A DNA stretch of 63,750 nucleotides, filler included, from Octopus bimaculoides (taxonomy: Eukaryota), in assembly GCF_001194135.2 (NCBI RefSeq). It is 6 parts of 6 records of this genome, joined end to end, with 100 filler letters (N's around TTAATTAATTAA, not from the genome) between each part and the next. Parts side by side here need not be neighbours in the genome. Positions count along the whole stretch, not along the records: positions 35,776 to 54,047 come from NC_068986.1; positions 54,148 to 56,721 come from NW_026301633.1; positions 56,822 to 62,580 come from NC_068992.1; positions 62,681 to 63,750 come from NC_069000.1; 2 more parts are not named here. One strand, written 5' to 3'. The position numbers and the translations under genes were made by a program. Position 1 is the first letter of the stretch. Every line of letters starts with the position of its first letter. Below the pieces are notes generated by a model. That model worked only from the letters and a program-made list of their open reading frames with translations, made no database searches and had not been told where the DNA came from. This document shows positions 53,034 through 63,750 of the stretch, piece by piece.

Positions 53034-53323
53034 NNNNNNNNNNNNNNNNNNNNNNNNNNNNNNNNNNNNNNNNNNNNNNNNNNNNNNNNNNNNNNNNNNN
53101 NNNNNNNNNNNNNNNNNNNNNNNNNNNNNNNNNNNNNNNNNNNNNNNNNNNNNNNNNNNNNNNNNNNNNNNNNNNNNNNNNNNNNNNNNNNNNNNNNNNN
53201 NNNNNNNNNNNNNNNNNNNNNNNNNNNNNNNNNNNNNNNNNNNNNNNNNNNNNNNNNNNNNNNNNNNNNNNNNNNNNNNNNNNNNNNNNNNNNNNNNNNN
53301 NNNNNNNNNNNNNNNNNNNNNNN

Positions 53324-53425
53324 AAAAAAAAAAGGAGAGAAAAAAAGGAGAGAAAAAAAAGGAGAGAAAAAAAAGGAGAGCAAAAAAGGAGAGAAAAAAA
53401 GGAGAGAAAAAAAAGGAGAGAAAAA
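53324..53425. repeat. (AAAAAAGGAGAG)n purine minisatellite
   Basis: Directly visible 12-13 bp units. Confidence 0.9.
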
Positions 53426-53484
53426 ATGTGTGTAGTGGTTATTGATCTATCATGGCAAAATGAATACATATATATATATTATTA

Positions 53485-53680
53485 TGATTGACCGTTGACT
53501 GGACACTATTCAGTTTTTTTTCTCCGTGTTTTTCTCCTTGTCTCCGTATTCTTTCTGTTGAAGAGCGTAGCTCGAAACGTCAAAGACTTTCCGTATTCCC
53601 GAGCGTCATACTAATACATCCTTTTGTTATTTACACCACCTGTCCTCGTCTGTTGTTGTTTTTTCGTATATTCTCCCATA
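53485..53680 (+). mobile_element. Small hammerhead-bearing element (copy B) between (TA)n tracts
   Basis: Homologous to 34085-34276. Confidence 0.65.
53550..53586 (+). ncRNA. Minimal type-I hammerhead ribozyme fold with A6U core (CUGUUGA)
   Basis: Helix I UCUUU(53550-54)/AAAGA(53582-86); CUGUUGA plus A; stem II GAGC-GUA-GCUC; GAAA; palindromic ACGU; GUC cleavage triplet (53579-81). Confidence 0.55.
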
Positions 53681-53737
53681 TATATGTATATACATCTATA
53701 TGAATATCTTTGTGAATATATATGTACATATACATAC

Positions 53738-53770
<33 letters not shown>

Positions 53771-53987
53771 CATCTATATGAATATATATATATACATACA
53801 TCTATATATATATATATACCTATATATATATACATATATATATATACACATATATATACACACATATATAAACACATATATATATATACACCTATATATA
53901 TATACATATATATACACCTATATATATATATACATATATATACACCTATATATATATATATACATATATATACACCTATATATATAT

Positions 53988-54018
<31 letters not shown>

Positions 54019-54047
54019 TACACACCTATATATATATATATACACAC

Positions 54048-54147
54048 NNNNNNNNNNNNNNNNNNNNNNNNNNNNNNNNNNNNNNNNNNNNTTAATTAAT
54101 TAANNNNNNNNNNNNNNNNNNNNNNNNNNNNNNNNNNNNNNNNNNNN
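54048..54147. other. Assembly join spacer 3
   Basis: 44 N + TTAATTAATTAA (54092-54103) + 44 N. Confidence 0.95.
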
Positions 54148-54527
54148 ACACGGAACGTCAGACGAATTACATATCTAACAGTCCATATAACAGTTACCTT
54201 TTACGTATCACCGGCACGAGTACCTTTTATGCGTCACCAGAACTCGTCACGACTACAATTTCACTTGGCTTGACGTATATATATATATAGAGAGAGAGGA
54301 ATGGGAGAGACATATATGCACATGCGCATATGTGTGTGTTAGTGCGTATGTGTGTGTGTGTGTGTGTACATTATTTTCGCATTTTTGCAATAAAGTACAG
54401 AACTTTCAAAAATCTTTTATTTCTCTCTGTTGACAAGTCTCTTTCCATACCATGTACACGTTGTATTTGATTTACGTAAAAGTCTTTTTTTTTGTTTAGC
54501 AAGTTTAGTCATTTATTATTTTCATCT

Positions 54528-54830
<303 letters not shown>

Positions 54831-55292
54831 TTTGTGTATATATCGATCGTACTTTTTTTTTATAGCTATATTCATTCAGTGATTTTTATTTCTTCATAAG
54901 CTCTAATATATTACTTTGAATCGATTTTCTTTCAAATTGATTTCATATGAATTCTCTTCACAAAAAAAAAAAAAAAATGNNNNNNNNNNNNNNNNNNNNN
55001 NNNNNNNNNNNNNNNNNNNNNNNNNNNNNNNNNNNNNNNNNNNNNNNNNNNNNNNNNNNNNNNNNNNNNNNNNNNNNNNNNNNNNNNNNNNNNNNNNNNN
55101 NNNNNNNNNNNNNNNNNNNNNNNNNNNNNNNNNNNNNNNNNNNNNNNNNNNNNNNNNNNNNNNNNNNNNNNNNNNNNNNNNNNNNNNNNNNNNNNNNNNN
55201 NNNNNNNNNNNNNNNNNNNNNNNNNNNNNNNNNNNNNNNNNNNNNNNNNNNNNNNNNNTATATATATATATATATATATATATGTAGATGGA

Positions 55293-55730
55293 TTTCTTGT
55301 TAGAACATCAAATACTGCGTTGTTTACCTTGAGTGCTCCTCTTATAACTGGCGCCTGGTGCATAAGAGCAAACACATAGATCTTAGCAGACGAGAATCAT
55401 CCGTCATGGGCACAGGAAACCTCATCCCATTCTACTAGAAATCATCAGTTGCATGCCAGTCAAATCTCGCTGCCATGGTAAATAGAATCTCAACATCTTT
55501 TCAGACACTGACGTTGCAAATAGCCAGCAGGTTTATTAAAAATTAATTATTAGCGACGTAAGCAGTATCAGTACCAAAAAGTAATTTTTATATCCAACTT
55601 AACGCGAATGTCTTGCCAGAACACCAAATACTGCGTTATTAGCCCTGAGAGTTCCTCTCATATAGGCGCTTGTTGCATAAAAGCATACAAACGTATATTG
55701 TAGCAGACGAAAAGCGGCATGGTTTGAAGC
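55293..55730. repeat. Diverged direct repeat of about 120 bp (55293-55415 and 55608-55730)
   Basis: Shared AGAACA.CAAATACTGCGTT...GGCGC.TG.TGCATAA.AGCA...TAGCAGACGA.AA. Confidence 0.75.
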
Positions 55731-56021
55731 ACAAGTGACAGGCGAAAGTTGTAGCTTACTATACGCTTCTAACTGGTTAAATCTGTAAACGTCACCACTC
55801 TTCCATCACCATAGGACTTTCAGTAGATTGAATGACAAATGACGTCATCATGATGAGACATCTGTACGTCTTTGGATTACAGTGATAAACGTTTGTACAA
55901 TACGACTACGTCTGTCTGAGTTTCCGTGACCTGTGTCGAGTGAGAGGCCGAAGTGAAATGACCAGTAATCACGTGAAACAGCAAGTTTTGCACCAGAGTG
56001 TTCCGCTCTTTGAAGGATGCT

Positions 56022-56130
56022 ATGACAACATCAAGGAGATCCGCACTCCTGGTGGTTTTACCACACACTCTGACACCAACCGACGGTTTTTCACAGTCCA
56101 CCGCGCTTAAATGGATTGTCATCACTTATG
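56022..56130 (+). other. Speculative first coding exon (36 codons, phase-1 donor G|GTAATT)
   Basis: ATG at 56022, MTTSRRSALLVVLPHTLTPTDGFSQSTALKWIVITY. Lies in CpG-rich unique DNA with TGACGTCA at 55840-55847. Signal peptide is weak. Confidence 0.15.
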
Positions 56131-56721
56131 GTAATTAACCCGTATCTGGGGCCCTAACAGATGCTACTACTCCGGGTCAGAGTTGACCTGGGAAGAAAAG
56201 TGACTAAGAGGTGGTTCCACACACCTCAGAACTCTCGAACCAGAGCCCTACTAATGGATGTATTTTAAGGTCATAGGCAAGACACTTATATCTCTGCACT
56301 TATATACCACTCTGTGTATGTGTGCGTTCGTGCGTGTGTGTGTGAGAGAGAGTGTACAGTGATATATAAGTACAGAAACACTGAAAATATACAATCAAGC
56401 TACCTGTTAAAAGGGGATGCTTGGAATACCTACTCCTTCTCCACCTTCCCTCCTCTCCAGGCAACCGCAACCAAGACATGCTTTATGTTTCGTGTCTCTC
56501 TACCACTAAGTTACCCTCGTTCTCAAAACGAGTGCGGAAATCTCCAAAAACAATCGAATTTTAAAGAACTTTTGTAGTACAACTGGAATGTGAGCGAGAG
56601 GTTAAAATGGAAAACAAATCAACATTAAAAGTTGGGTCACGAATGGATGAATATTTCATAGTTCTACGATTGATTGCTAGCCACTACACATTCTTTATTT
56701 TCTCTCCCTGTTTCTTTCTGT

Positions 56722-56821
56722 NNNNNNNNNNNNNNNNNNNNNNNNNNNNNNNNNNNNNNNNNNNNTTAATTAATTAANNNNNNNNNNNNNNNNNNNNNNN
56801 NNNNNNNNNNNNNNNNNNNNN
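56722..56821. other. Assembly join spacer 4
   Basis: 44 N + TTAATTAATTAA (56766-56777) + 44 N. Confidence 0.95.
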
Positions 56822-57567
56822 TATATATATATATATATATCCGACGATACTGCAGTTTCTACATGTATGTGTATATCTAAATAACTGAATGGTTTAAAAC
56901 GCATTTCAGACTCTGCATATATTTTTGTATGGTGTACATTTATGTCTGAGCGCTCCCGTTCACGCGTAATATAATTACATGATATTAACAAGTCGGAACA
57001 TAATGAAATGCTTTCTATAATGAACATATCCCTCATCAATCATTCAATATAATATTTTCATGAAACATATTTTATAATGTCCTTAATTGCTTCGAATAGA
57101 CCTTGTAATATATTACAATATTTTCATCTTTGAAAAGCAATGTATTATACGCGCCCAAGATATTACTGAAGAATTATAAAGAAATCCCATTTATTTTCCT
57201 CATTTAATAAGGTTTCTGTTATTCCAGCTGTATTTCAAGAATATTTTCCCTAATATTAGTAACTTTACCAGAAATCTCTAACTATCGTTTATTAATGTTT
57301 CTTCTACGTGTTCTTTGTGTGTGTGTGTGTATATATATATATACATATATATATTCTTCCCGAGTTTGTAAAGTGATATATTAAGAATACATCATCGTTT
57401 CATTGATGTTGTTATTCTGATTCTGCTTTTGTTAGAAAGACATTTACACATTTCAACATTAATGGGATTAATAAATTAACGATCATGTGTTGAAAGGTCT
57501 CTAGTTATACGTTACATTATATAGAAAATGGATCTCATTCTCTCTTACTCTTTATATATATATGTAT

Positions 57568-57600
<33 letters not shown>

Positions 57601-57680
57601 CATATATATACATATATATACATATATATACATATATATATAATATAGATATATGTATGTATATACACACATACACGTCC

Positions 57681-57745
<65 letters not shown>

Positions 57746-57966
57746 CATATACATATATACATATATACACACATACATATCCATTTATATATATATATAT
57801 ATATATATATAAACACTCACACACACTCACACACACACGCACACACACTCACACACACACACACACACACGGAAATATATACATGGATAAATACATTTGG
57901 CTTATACACTCGCACACTCACACACCGCAACTCTCATACGCCCATATGTGCATATGTATCTGTGAA

Positions 57967-58003
<37 letters not shown>

Positions 58004-58854
58004 GTGTGCGTTTGTGGGTGTGTTTGCTTGCGTGTATGTTCTTTATTACTTTGCCTAACTATTCTTTAGACCAAAAACATGTTGCACCACTGATATTTAC
58101 TCCTGTATACTAACCTTTGTAATTTTCATACCGTGCGTGTGTTTATTAGCAACAACCACCACAATATTTTCTTTCTCTTTCTCTATTTCTGTGCGATATT
58201 CGTCCTTGAGAGCTTAAGCCGCGGCCTGGGAATTCCTTCTTCACTCAGTGTTTCATAGAATCAACACTAGAATTTCCTCATCATGGCGCAGGGCATAGAG
58301 ATACTTTTTTACAGAAACGGACCGATATCATGCTTCCAATCTCCACATTAGCCATGATTGTAGACTAAAAACCTATGCATCAGTGTTGTCACTGTCCAAA
58401 CAGAAGGATCTTGTAACCGAAACATGTATGATCGGGTTGCAAAGGAAGTGAAAATTTTGCCAAAATTATTTGGCACATCAGTAATGATACAATTATATAA
58501 ACGAAACCAGGACTTAAAACACTACACACAGCCGTCATCCTGCCTAAGTAATAGCATAGCCTAAATATGCCAATTTTGATTCAGAACACACGTCCTATGC
58601 AATGAGAACCTAATATTTTTTTTTTTTTTTAATGTTGTCGGAACCTAAAAAAGTAATGAAGTGAGACAGCACCTACACAAAATGTACTGTATAAGCCCGC
58701 TAAATTGAGCAGAACTCACATTTCATAAAACATAAGATAAATAACAGGTCAGACAGCATAGTAAAATGCATGTAAGTTTACTCGATAATCCTCCGAACCG
58801 CACCAGAATACAGAACACGCAATGTTGCACACCTTAGGTACAGCGGGTGGTATT

Positions 58855-58980
58855 GAAGAAGAAGAAGAAGAAGAAGAAGAAGAAGAAGAAGAAGAAGAAG
58901 AAGAAGAAGAAGAAAAAGAAGAAGAAGAAGAAGAAGAAGAAGAAGAAGAAGAAGAAGAAGAAGAAGAAGAAGAAGAAGAA
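58855..58980. repeat. (GAA)n microsatellite, about 42 units, one AAA interruption
   Basis: Directly visible. Confidence 0.97.
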
Positions 58981-59289
58981 GATCTTGATGATCAAGATTC
59001 TTATAATTAAGGCTCGGTTGTCATAGTGACAGGCGTGCATGGTAGTAAATAATGATGCGGCGTTGTTGGAGTACTTCCGAGGTTGTAACTAGATTCAAGG
59101 TTACGTAATGATTGTTGTTGTTGTTATTGTTCTTGCTCTTCTCCTTGTTTAGAATTTTCTTGTTTTTGCTGCTGTAGTGTATGAAAAAATACATTTTAAT
59201 GAACTAAAATCTTGAGGAATTTCTTTCAGATTCTTTTCAATTTATTTCGATGTTCGATTATTGAACAGGGGCAAGATATGGCGGTATTA

Positions 59290-59522
59290 TCTTTTATATT
59301 TTACTTGTATCTGTCTTGACACTGTGGCCATGCCGGAGCACAGCCTTGAGTAATTTTTGGTAGAATGAATCGAATACTTCTTTAATCCTTGTAGTTATTC
59401 CTTCGTCCTCTCGGTTATGGGGACGTAAAAACCCCCATGCGGGATCAAATACAGGGACAACGACACACACACACACACACACACATATATACAGTACACA
59501 TATATATATTTACAATATACAT

Positions 59523-59593
<71 letters not shown>

Positions 59594-59730
59594 TGCAACG
59601 GACTTCCTTTAGCTTCTTTCAATCAAATCCATTCGTAAGGATTTTATAGGCCCGAGGGTATAGCTGGAAACACTTGACCAAAGTAGCACGCCGTGGGACT
59701 GAACCCGAAACTATGTGGTTGGGAAGCAAG
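59290..59730 (-). mobile_element. SINE family A, near full length, diverged, internal (CA)/(TA) expansion
   Basis: Tail ACTGTGGCCATGCCGGAGCACAGCC; head GTGGGACTGAACCCGAAACTATGTGGTTGGGAAGCAAG. Confidence 0.75.
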
Positions 59731-60770
59731 ATTCGGATCTTTTCCGTTTGGCTGCCAAGGTTCTAAAAATTAAAATTTATCGAGAATTTTAAAATTTGGT
59801 ACATTAATGTAGTTTTCCGGGTTGAATTGCTGGAGTTATTTCACTTCCTACAGATTTTTTTTTCTTTTCCTGAAAAGTTATAGAGGTTTAAAGTCTAATA
59901 ATTTTCACCCAATCAGGAAAAAGGATTTGGAATCTGTCATTTTGAAAACATGACATTTTGTCAACATCCTGAAAGTAGCATGTGTTGTCAATATTTGTAT
60001 TCTACACGTGGAAAAGGAGTAAACAGCACGTCTTTTGTATTTTTAAGCATTCAATATGCATGTAATGCGATAAACAGCACATTACAAATTAAATATAAAA
60101 AAAAAAAAACACTTAACCACTCGATATTCATTTCGGTGGGTAAAACAATAAAACACAGCGTCAGCGACTGGTTCAATGTAAGTTCTTTTCAGTGAGAAAT
60201 AATCGAGAGCATTTGCTTGTTATTGAAATTCGAAAATTCTGTAGACGCTATATTATGAACATAGAAATAATTTTATAGTTCCAGCTCACAGAACGACAAT
60301 GTGAATCTGTGTGGCTCTGTTGCAGACATGTAGTTCGACGACTCTGTTGCATCTATTACTCACTTTAGTTCATCTCACTTTCTCTCTCTCTCTTTCTCTC
60401 ACACACACANNNNNNNNNNTAGAATGCGCGAAGAAATATAGAATGCTCTCCCTAACCAACTTTACCCCTACACATCAACGAATATTTGAATTCCAGATGT
60501 TCACTCGCACACACAAACTACACCTACACACACTCACGCACACAGACCTACACACACACATAGACCTACGTATACACACACACACACATAACTACGCACA
60601 AACATGTACATGCTCTATACATGCGCACTGAAAACATACTATATTAGATGACCACTCCTCTAACTACTCCGCATTGAAATAACCACGCCAAAACCATTCA
60701 CCTGACTAGTATACAATAGAACTACATTTTAATTCTTTTTTGGAATCTACAATATAAAAAGCCTCATTTT

Positions 60771-61302
60771 ATCCTTTTCTACTCTAGGCACAAGGCCTGA
60801 AATTTGAGGGAGCAGGGCAGTCGATTAGATCGATCCAGTACACAACTGGTACTTAATTTATCGAACCCGAAAGGGTGAAAGGCAAAGTCGACCTCGGCGG
60901 AATTTGAACTCAGAACACAACGACAGACGAAATACCGCTAAGCATTTCGTTCGGCGTGCTAACGGCTCAGTGAGCTCACTGCTTTTGGGGAGAAAATATT
61001 CTTTTCTACTCTAGGGACAAGGCCCGAAATTTTGGGGGAATGAGCCAGTCGGTTAGATCGAAAGACAGACGAAATACCGTTAAGCATTTCGTCCGGCCTG
61101 CTAACGTTTCTTATTACTTTATGGCCCACAAGGAGCTTAACATAGAGAGGACAAACAAGGACAGATAAAGTGATTAAGTCGATTATATCGACCCCAGTGC
61201 GTAACCGGTACTTTATTTATCAACCCCGATAGGATGAAAGGCAAAGTCGGCCTCGGCGGAATTTGAACTCAGAACGTACCGCTTCTGCCAGCTCGCCACC
61301 TT
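60771..61302 (-). mobile_element. SINE family B trimer flanked by a 13-bp target-site duplication
   Basis: AAAGCCTCATTTT at 60758-60770 and 61303-61315; three family B units between them. Confidence 0.9.
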
Positions 61303-61978
61303 AAAGCCTCATTTTTATTAACAACGTATTTTACAGGGAGAAAACAAATAATAAAAATAACCATTAACAGTACAAACAATCAAATTATCATGAAAACTAA
61401 ACAATTCATTTGTTTCGTATTCAAACTCCCACACAAACTCCATTCGGAAATACATTGAACGAAAAGATACAATCTTAACTAAAATATATTCTTAGGAATA
61501 TACTTAAGTGCAGTATGAAACGCAAAATATAATCCTATAAGCTAATAGATGGTTGAAACAACACATACACATATACACAGACACACACATGCATGTATAT
61601 ATACACGCACAATAACACACATATACATGTGTATGTAATCATTGTGTGTACGTATGTGTCCATAGATATATAGATAAATAGATAAATAGATGGATATATA
61701 GACGGATAGATAAATAGACATAAATACACACACACATACAGACACACGCCTACACCCACACACACACACACACACATACACATGTATATGTATATACTTA
61801 TTTGCTGCGTACCCTTTTCTATCCCTCTTTTCTATTTAAAAGATACAAGTCACCCTACTGTCAATTAAATGTCACGGTAAATTTACTCCCCATGACGCCA
61901 CGCACATTGATGAAACTCTTGACGCTATGGTTATGAAGCGCACTTAACTGCTAAGCTATACACATACACCCACACACC

Positions 61979-62032
<54 letters not shown>

Positions 62033-62294
62033 ACACACAAACACACAACAACACACACATATATGTAGGAGTAATGTAAGGACAATCAAATTAGACGAAT
62101 CGATATACAAAAAATACTGAATGCGTTTAATGCAAAAACTGTTCATATACTTACATATAAAGAGGTCCGACTTACACAGAATAGAAATGATATCAGGAAT
62201 TAAAGGGACTGAATAACTCAGACAGCTGTTTGATTTACAAAGTGTTTTGTATACGGAGAATATCTGTCTCTCGTGTGTGTGTATGTGTGCAAGG

Positions 62295-62425
62295 TAGGAG
62301 CTAGGCGTGGTTTTGCTTAAGAAATGCATAGCTCCGTTTTCAGTTCCACTGCGTGGCAGTTTGTTATAACCTCCGGCACGTGTGACTGGATTTGGTAGAT
62401 GGAAACTGAAAGAAGCCCATCGTAT
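62295..62425 (+). mobile_element. SINE family A 5' half followed by compound microsatellite
   Basis: TTCAGTTCCACTGCGTGGCA...GGATTTGGTAGATGGAAACTGAAAGAAGCCCATCGTATA. Confidence 0.75.
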
Positions 62426-62440
62426 ATATCTATTTATTTA

Positions 62441-62580
<140 letters not shown>

Positions 62581-62680
62581 NNNNNNNNNNNNNNNNNNNN
62601 NNNNNNNNNNNNNNNNNNNNNNNNTTAATTAATTAANNNNNNNNNNNNNNNNNNNNNNNNNNNNNNNNNNNNNNNNNNNN
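62581..62680. other. Assembly join spacer 5
   Basis: 44 N + TTAATTAATTAA (62625-62636) + 44 N. Confidence 0.95.
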
Positions 62681-62799
62681 GTTGTGCCTGTATTTCAAGG
62701 GGCCAGCCTTGTCACACTGTGTCACACTGAATCTCCCCGAGAACTACGTTAAGGGTACACGTGTCTGTGGAGTGCTCAGCCACTTGCACGTTAATAAAT

Positions 62800-62995
62800 G
62801 AGCTGCGATGTCACTGGTGCCAAGTGTTATCGGCCCCTTTGTCTTTCCCTTGGATAACATCGGTGGTGTGGAGAGGGGAGGCTGGTATGCATGAGCGACT
62901 GCTGGTCTTCCATAAACAACCTTGCCCAGACTTGTGCCTCGGAGGGTGACTTTCTAGGTGCAATCCCATGGTCCTTTATGACCAAAGGGGTGGGG
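62800..62995 (+). mobile_element. SINE family C 3' part
   Basis: Colinear with 43872-44055 (GGATAACAT.GGTGGTGTGGAGAGGGGAGGCTGGTAT...GGTCTTCCATAAACAACCTTGCC...CTAGGTGCAATCCCATG). Confidence 0.8.
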
Positions 62996-63081
62996 TCACA
63001 ACAATGTACACACATGTATATCAATATAGAGCCAGACATTCATGTTTATTCATCTTTCTGTGTGTCTTTCTATCATTTCAG

Positions 63082-63479
63082 ATGTTCCAGTCGTGAAATC
63101 TGATACAGTGACATTCTCCATCTCTTCTTCAGCCNNNNNNNNNNAGATGTTCCAGTCGTGAAATCTGATACAGTGACATTCTCCATCTCTTCTTCAGCCA
63201 AAATTGGTGATTCTGCTCAGTTCTTCTGCAATGCCACCACCACAGCAGTTCAGTACATTGCTAATTTCGAGCATAATAACAATGACCGTGCCAGAGTTTT
63301 TTTTCCTGGTGTTCCAGGTGACAGTGATCCCAATACTTCAGTCACTGGTTCACGCAACCAGTCTTGCTATAAGTATACAATCAGTTCTTTGTTGTGCTCT
63401 GACCGAGGGAATTACAGCTGTAAGGTGGTAAGTGAAGATGGTGGATTGGAAAGTAACACTGTGACACTCGATGTTTTGG
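63082..63479 (+). CDS. Internal exon encoding one immunoglobulin-superfamily domain (333 nt once the assembly duplicate 63080-63144 is removed)
   Basis: Acceptor TCTTTCTATCATTTCAG| at 63081; donor G|GTAAGT at 63480; phase 1-1. Peptide VPVVKSDTVTFSISSSAKIGDSAQFFCNAT...YTISSLLCSDRGNYSCKVVSEDGGLESNTVTLDVL has a B-strand Cys and the D-x-G-x-Y-x-C motif. Confidence 0.88.
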
Positions 63480-63750
63480 GTAAGTAGTTACCTTTATCTA
63501 CTCTCACTTTTACTCCTACTCTGTTTCTCCCTCTTTCTGTCTGTCTGTTTATCTATCTGCTTCGGCATGGTTTTTATGGCACCCAACACTTTATACTGTG
63601 TACTGGGTACTTTTCTCATACCACCAGCACTTGTGTGTTTGCCATGCAGCTTGCAAGCCGACAAAATCTGAAGGGGGTGGGGCGTGGAGGATTTATGCTA
63701 ACAGATGGGAGTTGAGGTATGAATGGTGGTAGGAAGGAGGAGAACTACAT

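Noticed and set aside
58401-58428. Third hammerhead-like motif (CAGAAGG...CCGAAACATGTA)
   Set aside because: It has the GAAAC-ATGT palindrome, but the core is broken, stem II is about 2 bp and there is no helix I; at best a decayed remnant.
63080-63199. Apparent duplicated mini-exon at the start of the Ig exon
   Set aside because: Identical 55-bp copies around a 10-N gap; one exon split across contigs.

Overview
AT-rich, microsatellite- and retroelement-dense animal genomic DNA with many N gaps. The SINE families, RTE/R4-type LINEs and TA/CA/TAA microsatellite load suggest a cephalopod (Octopus-like) draft scaffold; this is inferred, not shown. Five identical 100-bp spacers (44 N + TTAATTAATTAA + 44 N) split the window into six assembled pieces, so adjacency across them is not guaranteed. 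The only confident host coding sequence is one phase-1/phase-1 immunoglobulin-domain exon near the right end (63082/63147-63479, +). Almost everything else is transposon debris or simple repeats. This includes a same-strand stack of RT + restriction-like-endonuclease LINEs bounded by (TAA)n, a second such family with a (CATA)n tail, RTE/RTE-X fragments, Penelope-like GIY-YIG remnants, a mariner, a Gypsy integrase end with its LTR, tRNA-derived SINEs and fold-back palindromes. The most interesting signals are minimal type-I hammerhead-ribozyme folds with non-canonical cores: U3-A8 at 567-607, and CUGUUGA (A6U) in two copies of a small element at 34137 and 53550. Other notable items are a TSD-flanked SINE trimer, a head-to-head Penelope palindrome, a 700-bp fold-back and a CpG-depleted 18-kb block. 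No prokaryote-type features (CRISPR, rRNA, true tRNA genes) are supported. All protein and family assignments come from manual translation and remembered motifs; no searches were run.
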